A DNA stretch of 63,689 bases, counting the filler. It is 7 parts of 7 records of this genome, joined end to end, with 100 filler letters (N's around TTAATTAATTAA, not from the genome) between each part and the next. Parts side by side here need not be neighbours in the genome. Positions count along the whole stretch, not along the records: positions 1 to 11,180 come from SRR31147125_15483; positions 11,281 to 21,469 come from SRR31147125_15484; 5 more parts are not named here. The stretch is one strand, 5' to 3'. Made by a program: the position numbers and the translations under genes. This document shows positions 1-11,873 of this stretch, piece by piece (position 1 is the stretch's first letter; every line of letters begins with the position of its first letter). Under the pieces are notes generated by a model, which saw nothing but the letters and a program-made list of their open reading frames with translations, searched no databases and was not told the origin of the DNA.

Positions 1-1408
1 ATCTCAGTCGTATCAACGATCTTAAATCCACCATAAACCAATCTTCCCAATACTTCTGTTTTGGACATAGTTCTGTTCTGTCCACCTGTCAGAAAATAAT
101 TCAATTCTCTTGCAACCGGCAACTTTGGCAGTACTCTTCTAAACATAAAATGAATAAAGTTCATAAGAACGGCCAAAGGCTTGGGATATTTATCCATTAA
201 TCTTTGATATTTACCGCCTATTGTCTCACTGCAACCTACAATGTAACCACCCGTCTTCATTTTACTGTTCAATGCGGACAAATAATCATTTATCTTTTTA
301 AAATCATTCACCTTATGCCTGTTAATGACAAGCATCTGTGAATTTGATTTCATATTTTCAATATTAAAAACAGTTTGAGTATCGAACAAAATTGTTTTTT
401 CGGCTTCAATGCCGTTTAAATTAATATTCGATTCCAGAAAAGCATATAATGACTCACAACATTCTGCCATTTTAGGTTTTAATTCTTCATATGCACTGGG
501 AACGTAAGGAGGAAGATCTTTTAGTTCTTCCACTATATGATCATCATCTCTTTTCTTTTTGATCTCTAAGGGTGTTATTCCAAAGATCTTTTCACTTTGG
601 TCCGTATTCCTTAATAATTTTGCATGTAGGCTCATATACGAAACAAAAAGTAGTTCAAAAACAGTTGACAAGATGATCGTTCCAAACATGACCAACCTGG
701 ATAGATTGAATTGTTTAAACAAGTAAATAAATATTGCCAAAACGATAATAGTAAAAGCATTCGCTTTCAAAATTGGGAAAATATAATCCCTGTATCTTTT
801 TTCCCTACCAAGCTATGTTTTTGAGTCAATAAATTTAATAAGAATTCCCATACAAGGAATGCTATCAGAAATTGATAATAGTTCGGGATATAAATTCTAA
901 CGGTTGCCGGTTTTATCCATACAACGATCATAAATGAAATAAAAATGGAGAAAAGATCTATGACCATCAAAACCCATTTTTTATTCCTGACCCCCAGAAA
1001 TACGGAAAATCTTATCTTCTTCTCAATATATTTTTGTCTATTAATAAAATAATAGATCAACCTGGTTGCCAATTCTACAACAAGTACGATCAGGATCTGT
1101 CTGTACAAAGTATGGTAACTTTTATTATATTTTTCAAGAGAGATAACATATAAGCTTAATAGGCCCCAGACCGTTAAAGCATTGATCACAATAGCCATTA
1201 GTTCATTTTTAATCCCTTTGTGTGTAAAATTATATTTACCAAAGGAAAATGAAAGCAATATCCACGAAGCAAAAAAGATAGCATAATATGTATTAAAAGG
1301 GATCTTCCCTGTCTCTAAAAGATCGGGATGAATAACAACTACGAATAATAGCAAAATATCCGCAAACAGGGCCAATATTGTCAGTTTAGTATTATTCTTT
1401 TGAACCAT
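1..1408 (-). CDS. Membrane-bound sugar transferase (priming glycosyltransferase-like), 3'-truncated at window edge, apparent frameshift near 790-800
   Basis: The 767..1408 ORF is a multi-TM N-terminus. Another minus frame continues to base 1 with INRHKVNDFKKINDYL...GGYIVGCSET...SKTEVLGRLVYGGF, a pattern typical of Bacteroidota sugar transferases. It is the last gene of the polysaccharide operon. Confidence 0.6.
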
Positions 1409-1449
1409 GACTAATATTAATTATACCATAACAGGCTTCAAAGGGTTAA

Positions 1450-2487
1450 TTATTCTGAATTTGAAAAATATTCCTGAACAAAATTTATCATAAAATCCGT
1501 CGGATCAATGAAATCCTTCACCAGTTCATTTTTCTTTTTATTATTGTTACTACTAAATTCTTTATCATTTAAAAGTTTTTCAACATGCTCCAGTATGCCA
1601 TGAGGATCTTTAAAATGTTTTAAAAGTCCTTTTTCCTGCTCTAATTTCAAATACCCCATTAGAGGCAGTGAATTCACATAAACAGCATAGGTACCAAGCA
1701 AAGCGCTTTCGGATGCCATTGTCGCACTTTCACCAATGAACAAATGTGCAAAAGCCAAAGCATCGTGCATTCTTTCGGGAGCTATGTTGATCCTGTACTT
1801 TTCAAATTCCTCTTCGAGATCAGCTTCGGATGAAATGAGTACTTTGTAACCTTTTCTTTCAAGAATATCGATCAGAGCTAATTTATCCTTTTTATCCAAT
1901 CCTTTTTGTCCAACATCATGATGGGCTACCCAGGAAACAAAACGCAAGATCACATATGCCTTACTTTCATCAATGTTCATCAACTTATAAATACCGGGAT
2001 CTGGTGAATAATAATTCGGATGTAAATAGAGATATTCAATTAAAGCATTGAACCTGATATGTTTTTCACCCAGGTCATTCAAATATACTGCGGGGGTTAT
2101 AATAGAAGTAGAAAATCTATAGGTGAATTTTGCATGCACGGCATCCGTATGTTCGGTATCATTCAATGCAATATGAGGCTTTCTCATAAATGATGCTACT
2201 TGCGCCGCATAAGGAGATGAAAAACTGAGAAAAATATCCGGTTTGAATTTTCGAGCATGTTTAAACATCAAAATATCGGCTTTAAGCATATATGTAAGTT
2301 TGCCAAGCAGAGTATCTCTTCCTTTACCTCTCAAAATATATTTAATACCGTAATGATCTAATAATTGCTCGACAACACCTCTTTTGCGAGCAAATACAAG
2401 AAAATTATGTTCACCCTCCATTTTCTTGATCATATTCCTGAAGTAATGTACATGCCCGGGATGTCCGATATCAATAATGATATTCAT
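1450..2487 (-). CDS. DUF354 family GT-B fold protein
   Basis: N-terminal IIIDIGHPGHVHYFR, LNDTEH, IGESATMASESALLG motifs. Confidence 0.8.
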   Translation of the reverse strand: MNIIIDIGHPGHVHYFRNMIKKMEGEHNFLVFARKRGVVEQLLDHYGIKYILRGKGRDTLLGKLTYMLKADILMFKHARKFKPDIFLSFSSPYAAQVASFMRKPHIALNDTEHTDAVHAKFTYRFSTSIITPAVYLNDLGEKHIRFNALIEYLYLHPNYYSPDPGIYKLMNIDESKAYVILRFVSWVAHHDVGQKGLDKKDKLALIDILERKGYKVLISSEADLEEEFEKYRINIAPERMHDALAFAHLFIGESATMASESALLGTYAVYVNSLPLMGYLKLEQEKGLLKHFKDPHGILEHVEKLLNDKEFSSNNNKKKNELVKDFIDPTDFMINFVQEYFSNSE

Positions 2488-2978
2488 TATTCACCAAATT
2501 CCTTTTCCCACGCTTCGCGATCAAATTCCTTGCTTGATCTTTCCAACATATCTTGAACGCTTGAGATCTCTTTGGCGGGTTGTCCAGCATAGACCTTATT
2601 TGCAGGAATATCCTTTGTAACGAGTGAAAGCGCTCCAACCACCGAATTATTACCGATCTTCACACCGGGCATAATAACAGCTCCCACACCGATAAAGACA
2701 TTATCACCGATCTGTACATCTCCCAACACTCTATCACTTCCAAAAGGAACATAAAGTGATCTTGGGCCTCCCAAACCTGTATCCGTATGGTTCAAAATAA
2801 TAACATTTCGGGTTATGAAACAATTGGAACCGATGCTTACATTCGCACCCTTATGTGAATCAATATAAGCTTTATGCGAAATAAATGTATCCGGACCGAT
2901 CTTGATCCCTCTACGTCTTAAACGATTTTGCCTGAACTTATAGTAGATCCTCACCAAAGATCTGAGTAATTTTCTCAT
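2487..2978 (-). CDS. Hexapeptide-repeat acyl/acetyltransferase
   Basis: Left-handed beta-helix repeats (VQIGDNVFIGVGAVIMPGVKIGNNSVVGA), C-terminal AGQPAK. Confidence 0.9.
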   Translation of the reverse strand: MRKLLRSLVRIYYKFRQNRLRRRGIKIGPDTFISHKAYIDSHKGANVSIGSNCFITRNVIILNHTDTGLGGPRSLYVPFGSDRVLGDVQIGDNVFIGVGAVIMPGVKIGNNSVVGALSLVTKDIPANKVYAGQPAKEISSVQDMLERSSKEFDREAWEKEFGE

Positions 2979-2990
2979 AATTCACCAAAC

Positions 2991-4076
2991 TTATTTGTTT
3001 GCAATACGTTTTTCGATCATCGCATCGTATTTATTGTTAATATTTAATTCTTTAAATGTAACAGCAGTATTAAAAGCTTCACGTGATTGATCTTCACTTT
3101 CTGATGTATCAATATTCAATATTTTTTCAATTATATTCGTGATATCATCTATGGAATTTGACTCCAGAAGATAACCGTTTTTCTCTATTTTGATATAATC
3201 GGTTATATCACCTACATTCGAGACGATTGGCACGCACCCGTAAGCCAATGATTCCAACATTGATCGGGGCACTCCTTCCCCATCAGATATCAGCATAAAA
3301 TATTTTGATCTTTGATACAACTCTTTGATCTTTTTATGCTCCAGCCATCCTGTCATATCAGCTGATAGTAATTCATTATCATTGCTTTTGATCCAAGCCT
3401 TGATATTTTCATATTCGGGACCATCACCAACAATGGTAAGATTTATTTTATTACCCGTCTTTGAACTGATCTTATCCAGTACTTCGAGCAACTGTATGGT
3501 CCTTTTGTTGAAAACAAGCCTGCTAACCGTCAGAAAATCAATATCACGTGGCTTAATACTCAGGTTTTTTGGTTTTTCTTGATCTCTGATAGAGTTAGGG
3601 ATAATAAATATTCTTTCCGGCTCAAGACCATGATCAACCAGATATGCTTTTGTATTGCTGCCTTGAACCACCAAGGCATCGATCTTCTTAACGAATTTAA
3701 GATTTCTTTTTTCAGCTTTCTTTCCACCATACCATATTTCCCGGTGACCGGCATTTATGACATGAATATGTTGGATCTTCATAATTCTGGCTATAAAACC
3801 TGCAATATACCCGTGAGGATGCAAATGCACACTGATCACGGTTTTGATTTTTTCTCTACGTATTAATTTTCTGGCAAGAATGAATTTCTTGATCATTTTA
3901 ATGATCTTATTGCTTGAAAGCGCATTGAATTGGATCAATTTATCGGAATCACAGGGATACTCATTATCGCGTATCAAATATACCTTTGAAATATATTGTG
4001 AATTGATCACCGGATCGATCTTAGATGCCAGAACCTCATTTGAGGATTTCCCGATATATAATACTTTATTTTCCAT
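2991..4076 (-). CDS. Glycosyltransferase family 4
   Basis: VSRLVFNKR, IVGDGPE, EGVPRSMLESLAYG (EX7E), SNVGDI; start placed at MENKV. Confidence 0.9.
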   Translation of the reverse strand: MENKVLYIGKSSNEVLASKIDPVINSQYISKVYLIRDNEYPCDSDKLIQFNALSSNKIIKMIKKFILARKLIRREKIKTVISVHLHPHGYIAGFIARIMKIQHIHVINAGHREIWYGGKKAEKRNLKFVKKIDALVVQGSNTKAYLVDHGLEPERIFIIPNSIRDQEKPKNLSIKPRDIDFLTVSRLVFNKRTIQLLEVLDKISSKTGNKINLTIVGDGPEYENIKAWIKSNDNELLSADMTGWLEHKKIKELYQRSKYFMLISDGEGVPRSMLESLAYGCVPIVSNVGDITDYIKIEKNGYLLESNSIDDITNIIEKILNIDTSESEDQSREAFNTAVTFKELNINNKYDAMIEKRIANK

Positions 4077-5127
4077 ATACCCTGTAATAATTGCCAATAT
4101 TCTTAATTATTTGTTTTTTGTCCTTAAAGGAAGTATTGAATAAAATATTTCCTATAAGATGCCGCTTCATACCAAAACGCGCCTTCGCTCTTTCCTTTGC
4201 TACTTCTTTTGTGTAATCTTCGTCAGAATAATAATCTTCATCCTCAAGAATGCTTTCTACCCATTTCTCGATCGCGGGTGTTTTAATAATTCTACTCCCC
4301 ATTTTCCTGTGCAATCTTAAAATATGCTGACCATAATGGATCCGATCTTTATAAAACTCTATATCCAGCATCAATCCGGTACGTGTTTCTTTTGAAAAAA
4401 GATCATCAAACAATGCGTTTCCAAGACTGTAATAGATCCGTCCATGTTCATGATCCTCGTATGATTGAATAACATGCGGATGATGCCCAATTACCAGATC
4501 AAATCCCATTTCGATGAGTTTATGACCGAGCTCTCTTTGAAGTGCGCCGGGTTTATGGATATATTCATTTCCCCAATGCGCGATCACGATCTTATGATCT
4601 AATCCTTTCATTTCATCAAGAAGATCTCTGATCTCATCTTCATGATATTGCATGATCATCTGACTGTTATTCTTTGTTGGGATCATATTGAAAGAAACGA
4701 TCCCGATACTGACATCGTTCTTGCTGATCTTGATCATCTTACTCTTGGCATCATGATTTATTCCACAGCAAGTAATTTGATTTTTATTCAGGATCCCAAC
4801 CGTTTCAATGATCTTCTGGTCGCCATGTTCGTCCATGTGATTATTTGCTAATGATACGTGAGTAATACCAATTTCATTCATGTATTCGGCAAAGATCTCA
4901 TGTCCAATAAAAGCATGTTCATTTGCATAATCAAGATCGCGGCTTAGGGGTGACTCAAGATTGATCAAATTAAAATCCGATTCTTCAAAAACCTTAGATA
5001 TTGAGGCATCAAAAGGTTCTTTGGAATCCTTATTTACATACAAGGGCTTTAAATAACCCGTCTTGATGTAAAAAGGCAAGTATGCCGGAAGCACATCACC
5101 TGTAAATGTCATTCTAATTTTTTTCAT
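4066..5127 (-). CDS. CapA/PGA_cap family metallophosphoesterase
   Basis: FTGDV, NLESP, LANNHMD, AHWGNEY, IGHHPHVIQ, YSLGN motifs. Confidence 0.9.
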   Translation of the reverse strand: MKKIRMTFTGDVLPAYLPFYIKTGYLKPLYVNKDSKEPFDASISKVFEESDFNLINLESPLSRDLDYANEHAFIGHEIFAEYMNEIGITHVSLANNHMDEHGDQKIIETVGILNKNQITCCGINHDAKSKMIKISKNDVSIGIVSFNMIPTKNNSQMIMQYHEDEIRDLLDEMKGLDHKIVIAHWGNEYIHKPGALQRELGHKLIEMGFDLVIGHHPHVIQSYEDHEHGRIYYSLGNALFDDLFSKETRTGLMLDIEFYKDRIHYGQHILRLHRKMGSRIIKTPAIEKWVESILEDEDYYSDEDYTKEVAKERAKARFGMKRHLIGNILFNTSFKDKKQIIKNIGNYYRVYGK

Positions 5128-5129
5128 GA

Positions 5130-6449
5130 TCAGTCTTTTGCGATCACATATCTGAATTTATTGGACTTCGGTAATTCTATTTCATCAACATATTTTATGG
5201 TAATTTCAACACCCTCGCCTATCTGGGCTTTGAGTGATCTCATGATCATATCTTCATCTTCCTGAGAAAATCCTTCTTTCTTTACCAGTCGGATCTCAAG
5301 TTTATCCTGATCGGTCTCAACGATCTGGAATTGATGTATCAGATCATCGTGGTCTTCAAATGGTATTGATAAACCATTTAAGGTATTCCCGTTTGAAAAG
5401 CGGATGATATCGGATGATCTTCCCATCAAACCCTTCAGTTTGGGAAGATTCCTTCCGCAGCTACAGCCATCGCTAATGCTTTCTGCCAGATCTCCTGGCA
5501 TATATCTGATAAAGGGCATGGAGTAATTCCACAGTGATGTGACCGCAACATTTCCATATTGATCTTTAGGATCATCTTTTACAACTTCAAGATAGGATAT
5601 CTCAGGTGAAATATGCAATCCGGAATGCTGCTCACATTCACAAGCATTCAAGGTGCCGTCTTTACAGCCGTATTGGTCATAAACCGGACACATAAAAACG
5701 GATTCAATTAGTTCTCTTTGATACGGAAATAACATTTCTGCTGTTGTCATCACGCCATTAAGCGGCAGACGTTCATTATGATCTTCAAGGTATTTTGCAT
5801 AGGTATAAACGGCTGTGGGATAACCTCTGATAAAACGGATCTTTTTCCTTCTCATGAGTTTGGTAAAAGCTTCCATTTTCTCTTCGGTCAATAAGGTAAT
5901 AGAGAGAGGATAATATTTCAGGATCTTCATCCAGAGTTTTCGTTGTATTCCACGATCACCCTCATTCACAATTGAACCGCCGGCCAACATACCGATCTTA
6001 TCTTTACCCATGGTGTAACCCAACCATTCATAGGCGCGAAAAAGGGAAAACCAGTTATAAAGCCAGTTCCGCCTGTCCAAAAGATATTTAAAAGCCACAC
6101 CGGTGGTCCCTCCGGTATGATAATGACGTCCATGATACATTTCCCTGTTCTTTGCAACAAAAGCCTCAAAATCAGCTTTAATATCTTCTTTACTGGTTAC
6201 CGGGATACGTTCAAGCTCATCAAGTGAGCTAAATTCACGTGGATCAAAATCAATTTTGTCAAAAAGAGCTTTATAATGATCGGTTTGTTCATATGCATGG
6301 ATCAAAAGCTCACGGATCTTTTCTATCTGGTAGGTCTGTATCTCTTCTTTTGTTTTATATTGGAAAGCGTCGATCTCATCCTGCTTTCCTTTCAAGGATA
6401 TCTTATATTTATGCGCAATAATATTTAAAACGAGTTTAAACAGATTCAT
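5130..6449 (-). CDS. Phenylacetate-CoA ligase-like (CapK-type) adenylate-forming enzyme
   Basis: TGGTTG P-loop, GYPT, YDQYGC, MPFIRYMPGD, CSCGR, GRSSD, KFR C-terminal motif. Confidence 0.85.
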   Translation of the reverse strand: MNLFKLVLNIIAHKYKISLKGKQDEIDAFQYKTKEEIQTYQIEKIRELLIHAYEQTDHYKALFDKIDFDPREFSSLDELERIPVTSKEDIKADFEAFVAKNREMYHGRHYHTGGTTGVAFKYLLDRRNWLYNWFSLFRAYEWLGYTMGKDKIGMLAGGSIVNEGDRGIQRKLWMKILKYYPLSITLLTEEKMEAFTKLMRRKKIRFIRGYPTAVYTYAKYLEDHNERLPLNGVMTTAEMLFPYQRELIESVFMCPVYDQYGCKDGTLNACECEQHSGLHISPEISYLEVVKDDPKDQYGNVAVTSLWNYSMPFIRYMPGDLAESISDGCSCGRNLPKLKGLMGRSSDIIRFSNGNTLNGLSIPFEDHDDLIHQFQIVETDQDKLEIRLVKKEGFSQEDEDMIMRSLKAQIGEGVEITIKYVDEIELPKSNKFRYVIAKD

Positions 6450-7665
6450 TCAATCGTTCCTCAGCTTCATGGTTTTCCATTACTCCCATTACAGCTCCAA
6501 ATAATGACATGATATAGTATGGAAGAGCATAATTATGCAATCTAGTAGAAAATAGAAATGTAACAAAACAGGCTAACAGACTTATGGTAACCGGTAAGAT
6601 TTTCGTTTTCACGTCTTTATATTTTTTAAAATAATAAAGATATCTTCTCGTCATTTTATAAATGATCACAAGGAAAAAGATCACTCCTACAAAACCGGTC
6701 CCGGCCAGTAAAGCGGCATATCCATTATGCAACTCCCTGTATGTATTAAATTGTTTCATGGTATTGAATACTTCCTGACCGAACATCATTGACACAATAC
6801 CCCCATCCCGGATCTTGTTAAATGCATTCACGGGATCCATAAATCGGCCCTCTTCCAAATTGATCAAAGTATCGTCTTTATAATGCTTATATTGGAAGTT
6901 TTGTCTGGCGTTCAGTCGTTCAGAAAATTGTTCACCTACAGTTACTTCCATTACAACAAGAGTTAATAGCATTAAGAGTACAACACTCACAGTTGTAATG
7001 ATCTTGTTTCTGTTAAAAGCAAGAAATACAGCGACTCCAATGAATAAGAAAAGAATACCACTACGACGCAAGGACAGGAAGATGAAAATAATGGACATGA
7101 TACCAATTAAAATGATCCATAATCTTCTGCGTTTATTATCTTCATAGTATATCGGTAAAGTTATAACGAATAGAGCCATGATATTACTTGCACCCAGTCC
7201 GGTTCCTCCGGTATAGAAAGTGTCTTCGATATAATCGGACACACCGATCTTAAAGAACTGTGCAAAAACAAAGTTAAGATTATAGATGATCAATGAAATA
7301 AAGTAGGCATTCAGCAGTTTATACAAAACATCCATATTGGTGATGTAATATCTATAGATCAGAAACGAACTCATGGCCAAAGAGACCTTAAGTACCTGCA
7401 TACCCGAATAGAATCGCTGACTTGAAAAGATCACCAAAACAAAAAGGAATGCGCAGTAAAGAATAATATTCCGGTTCAAGTCGTCAAATTTATAGGAAAA
7501 CCTTTTGTAAATAAAGAAAAGTGTAAAGATCGCCAGAATAATAGCGCGAATATTTCCCGGATTCATCTGTGTATAGGGGAAATAATTAGTCGCAATATTA
7601 GCAATTGCGTTCAAAATGGGAATGAATAATACAAAATTCAATTCGGATTTCTTAATACCTATCAT
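6436..7665 (-). CDS. O-antigen polymerase/ligase (Wzy/WaaL-like) membrane protein
   Basis: About 11 TM segments, SLRRSG and LHNGY motifs, position within a Wzx locus. Confidence 0.8.
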   Translation of the reverse strand: MIGIKKSELNFVLFIPILNAIANIATNYFPYTQMNPGNIRAIILAIFTLFFIYKRFSYKFDDLNRNIILYCAFLFVLVIFSSQRFYSGMQVLKVSLAMSSFLIYRYYITNMDVLYKLLNAYFISLIIYNLNFVFAQFFKIGVSDYIEDTFYTGGTGLGASNIMALFVITLPIYYEDNKRRRLWIILIGIMSIIFIFLSLRRSGILFLFIGVAVFLAFNRNKIITTVSVVLLMLLTLVVMEVTVGEQFSERLNARQNFQYKHYKDDTLINLEEGRFMDPVNAFNKIRDGGIVSMMFGQEVFNTMKQFNTYRELHNGYAALLAGTGFVGVIFFLVIIYKMTRRYLYYFKKYKDVKTKILPVTISLLACFVTFLFSTRLHNYALPYYIMSLFGAVMGVMENHEAEERLNESV

Positions 7666-8830
7666 AGTGATTCTAACAACCTGTTTACTACGTTTTCCTG
7701 ATCAAATTTAACTTGGCAAATTTCTAATGCTTTTTTACCAATTCTTTCTCTTTCTTCCGGAGAATCCATTAATTTCTCCAATGTATTTTTTAATTCTCCA
7801 AAATTATGAATTAAATAGCCATTTTCCCCATGAAAAATTAAAAATTCCTTCATACCTGGGAGATCGCGCATAATAACCGGTAATCCGCAAGCCATTGCCT
7901 CCATAACAACATTTGGCGTTCCTTCAGCATAGGAATTATGTAAAAAGATATCAGAGACGGCTAAAACATCCGCAACATTCGAAACCGGCCCGAGAAATTT
8001 CACTTTATCACCCAAATTATCCAGCATATACTTATGCAGATCCTTCATCTCTTTTATACGATCTTCAGACCAGTTTTTGTGATAACTGTCATTGGGATTC
8101 TGTTTATAATCACCCATGATGAGATATGTATAATCTCTATTTAAGCTTTTGAGTGCATCTGTAGATTCTTTATACCCTTTTCGTAAGAGCAAGTAGCCGG
8201 TTGAAGCAATGATCAATTCATCATCGCTAAAACCCAATTCTCTTCTGATCTCGCTTCTTCTTTTTTTATCAGATGTGGGAAATTTTTTCAAATCCACACC
8301 CTGAACGGATAAAAATACATTGTTTTTTTTGGGAAATATCGACTTATATCGTCTTTCAAATTCCGTATTGATCGAAAAGTAACGGTGAAGTCTGGAAAAT
8401 ATCATCTTATTAAGTGGGTACAGAACTTTCCCGTATTTATTGCATAAAGCTGGCATATCATCCTGATCCAGGCTTGTAGACCGCAGGATGACCTTTTTTC
8501 CTAAAAGGCCGGCCAGAAGGATCATTGTTTTGTATCCCGGAGGAGTTGAGTAAATAAGGAAAACATCATGAGAAAGGATGAGCGGGATCAATGCCGGGAT
8601 AATAGGGATCTTTGACAGGCGTTTACTTAAACCTGAACTTCCATTAAAAGGCAAGCCAATGCATTCGATATTTTCACATTTGGTTTGAGATCTTTTTTTG
8701 CACCATGCTCCAAGGCGACAAGCGTCAACTTTTTCGCATGTTTTTTTAAGCTTCGCGCAAAGTTAAATGCATTTTTTCCTGCACCCGAATTAGTGGGATA
8801 TTTTGCCGTTGTATAAACCAGAATATTCAT
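7662..8830 (-). CDS. Glycosyltransferase family 4, split by an apparent frameshift near 8690-8700
   Basis: N-terminus MNILVYT..YP..SGAG (8627..8830) and C-terminus with EGTPNVVMEAMACGLP (7662..8654); a T homopolymer lies at the junction. Confidence 0.8.
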
Positions 8831-9750
8831 GCTTTTTTCCGCTTGTTCAGTAAAATATAGGCAGCATAATGTTTTAATTTCGCATGACCGGATCGTCTCA
8901 TTTTCGCAAGATACTGTCTACTTTCTTTTCGTTTTCCGCATTGTAGATGTTTGTAATACATTAAGCGGTTGTGGTAAAATTCAACTTCGGAAAATAGTTC
9001 TTGAGCGATCTGATATTCCTGCATAAAATATTTTCTTACCTTAATACTCTTTTGAGCATAATCGATCTGTTTATCCATTCTTCTATCGTTTGTAATAGAT
9101 CTTTTATTCACTCTGTATGCAACAGTCTTATCTTTGAGATATTTAAATTTCCCTTTATGAGCCAATGATAACCAGACCGGCAAGTCCTCCATCGGGAAGC
9201 CTTTTTCAATAAACTTGTTAAAATCAACGGTTTTTTTATAGCTTTCTGATCGGATACAAGCGGTAGAAGCTGTAATAAAACTCTCTCTTAACAAATTCTC
9301 AAAAACATTTCCTTCATAATATTTTCTATCTGCTTGTGGAAGTTCCTTCCCCGTTTCATCAATTCTTATAGTATCTGTATAGATCAAACAGTGATCAGGA
9401 TTTGCTTCAAGGAAATCTACCTGTTTTTGCAATTTAGTTGGATCTATCCATAGATCATCACCACCACAACCGGCAATATATTTTCCTTTTGTCTCATCTG
9501 TAGTTTGACGGTAATTCTCCAACAAACCCAGATTCTCATCACGCAAAAATAGCCTTATCGTATTAGGGTGTTTTTTTTGATACTCAAGAAGAATATCGCG
9601 TGTGGCATCGGTTGAAGCATCCTCCCCTATCAAGATCTCATAATCAAAGTCAACTTTTTGTGCTAAAATAGCGTCCAGACAAGAAGAAATATATTTTTCC
9701 TGATTATACGCAAGCACTCTGACTGAAACCATGACATCATGCTTTTTCAT
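8827..9750 (-). CDS. Glycosyltransferase family 2
   Basis: VSVRVLAYNQEKYI, GEDASTD, GDDLW, MEDLPVW. Confidence 0.9.
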   Translation of the reverse strand: MKKHDVMVSVRVLAYNQEKYISSCLDAILAQKVDFDYEILIGEDASTDATRDILLEYQKKHPNTIRLFLRDENLGLLENYRQTTDETKGKYIAGCGGDDLWIDPTKLQKQVDFLEANPDHCLIYTDTIRIDETGKELPQADRKYYEGNVFENLLRESFITASTACIRSESYKKTVDFNKFIEKGFPMEDLPVWLSLAHKGKFKYLKDKTVAYRVNKRSITNDRRMDKQIDYAQKSIKVRKYFMQEYQIAQELFSEVEFYHNRLMYYKHLQCGKRKESRQYLAKMRRSGHAKLKHYAAYILLNKRKKA

Positions 9751-11180
9751 TTTTCTTCTTTCTATTCTTAAAATATGAACCAATGGTTCTTATAAAATAT
9801 TTAACGATTTCAAGTAACTCACGATAATAGATCATAACTGTAATCGCAAGTGAAACATATGGAAGAAATCCCAGTATAATGCCCCATTCCATTTCAAGAA
9901 ATTTCACTAAAATATTAACAATAAATAAACCGATCAGTATAAATTCTTTAAAATTGAAATAAAATATTTTCATTGATCGGGATACTAACAGAGATATTAT
10001 CATGATCAAGGTATAAGTCAGGCTGGTTGCCAGAGCAGCGCCTACTATTCCATATCTTTGGATAAAGAAATAATTCATTATTAAGTTTATTGGTAAACTG
10101 GATAAAAGGATCAATGAAGATATATAACTTTTCTTGATGATCGTATATTGGTTGCTTATGGTTTGATACATAACCAACAATAAAGGTGATATAAATAGAT
10201 AAGGAAATACTGTATAACCAAGTACATAATCCCCAGTAAACAAAATTGAAAATAGAGGTTTAGCGATCATCATCATCACATAGAATGCCAATATGGATAT
10301 TAATGCCAAGTTCTCAAATATCTTCGATTTCATCTGGGCTTGATCTTTATCTTTCATCGTAGAAAAAGTAAAATAAGACCATCCTCCTGCAAACGCCATT
10401 TGTATAAATGAGCTTACAGATGCCAGACGTGTTCCTATAGCATATATTCCCTGTTGCTCAAGACCAATATGACGTGCAATCAATATCTTTGCAAATGACT
10501 GAAACACCCAATAAATAATAAATACCGGCATTAGAGGGACACCGATCTTTAGTAATTCTTTTGATGTGCCTTTGTCAAATGTCTTTACATCAAAATATTT
10601 ATGATTTATGATCAAAAAGAATATTAGTACGGCACCCATCGAAGAAAGGCTTGCAAAAATAAGAGAATTATAACCTTTGCCCATACTTACCAGAATAATT
10701 GCAACAGAATAATAAAACAGCATTCTAATTAAACCAGAGAACAAAAACATTTTTCTATTATTTTCAAGGCGCGATGGAGTTGAAATAACATTTTGTAAAG
10801 CTCTTATAACAAGACCTATAGCAGCAAAGATAACGATGGCACTCATATTGTTCATGCCAAAAATATAATTTGATATATTATTCCTAAATAGCATGACCAA
10901 CATAGATATCAATAACGCTGAGATAATAACAATATTTAATCCCGTAGCTGTAACTTTATGCTTTTGATCAGGATCATTTGATTCAAAATACTCACGGAAA
11001 ATAGATATATGAATACCAAGTCCGGCAACATTGGCTCCAAAACTTACTATGACATTATACATATCAAAAGCACCATAATCCGCTGTATTTGTCAATAAGC
11101 GCGTAATTATGGGGAGCATTAAAAGAGGAATAAGTTTGTTTAATGATTGGATAAAACCAAAAATAAAAAAATTTTCAAAA
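9737..11180 (-). CDS. wzx: Oligosaccharide flippase (Wzx/MATE-like), 5'-truncated
   Basis: 12-14 TM segments, LPIITRLL..DYG, GIYAIG, YGIVGAALAT; frame is open to the contig edge. Confidence 0.85.
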
Positions 11181-11280
11181 NNNNNNNNNNNNNNNNNNNN
11201 NNNNNNNNNNNNNNNNNNNNNNNNTTAATTAATTAANNNNNNNNNNNNNNNNNNNNNNNNNNNNNNNNNNNNNNNNNNNN
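11181..11280. other. Artificial contig linker (N-TTAATTAATTAA-N)
   Basis: 100 nt of N with a central six-frame stop 12-mer. Confidence 0.99.
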
Positions 11281-11873
11281 GTTTTTTCCATTTCCATCTG
11301 AAGCAAAACAGTCTAGTGATTGGTTGTTGTTGCGTAAGAATATCTTGGTACAAGTTTGTGGCACAGGCTAGTATTCCCAATCACAAATTGCTGATAAATT
11401 ACTCAGACTAAACTTTCGGATAGGGTAACTCATAACAATCAGTGAGAAGAGATAGGAAAGGAACAACTATAAACCATAACATATCCAAAGAATCCCTTAA
11501 ATTTAGTAGCTGCTCATCGAGTTTAACATTGCCTCGAAGGTCTGAATTTTCTACCAACGCTTCAAGTTTAGACTATTCCTGTGCAGCTAATGTTCCGCCT
11601 GTCTTGGGACGTAGGCTTTTCGTGTAGGTGCGGTTTCCGAACAGAGACAGGAACAACCTAAACGGTAAAATTATCAAGATAGCCGAGCTTGCCAACAAAC
11701 ACTTTGAATCGCCTCTTTTAATATCGAGTGAATCCAGATAGAATTGCTTAATCAAGACTTTTAACCTGGGTCATCTAAAGTGATATTTCTTATACTTTTG
11801 GGCGACTCTGGTTTTTTCGAAAATAGATCTGTCGTATATCATACATTAGGCGAATTAAAGGTTCGAGTCCAGA

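Noticed and set aside
8627-8830. Phase variation or programmed frameshifting in glycosyltransferase and other genes
   Set aside because: Tracts are short and the same defect hits housekeeping genes such as pepP in unrelated contigs; sequencing error is simpler
11181-11280. Recurrent TTAATTAATTAA palindrome as a biological repeat
   Set aside because: Identical, centred in N runs and gives stops in all six frames: an assembly linker
11281-11844. Integron integrase or attI upstream of the array
   Set aside because: No tyrosine-recombinase motifs in the frames I translated, only short broken ORFs; 11830-11852 could be an attI relic but cannot be supported
11860-11870. GGTTCGAGTCC T-loop motif before the DUF2971 gene
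   Set aside because: No surrounding cloverleaf; likely chance
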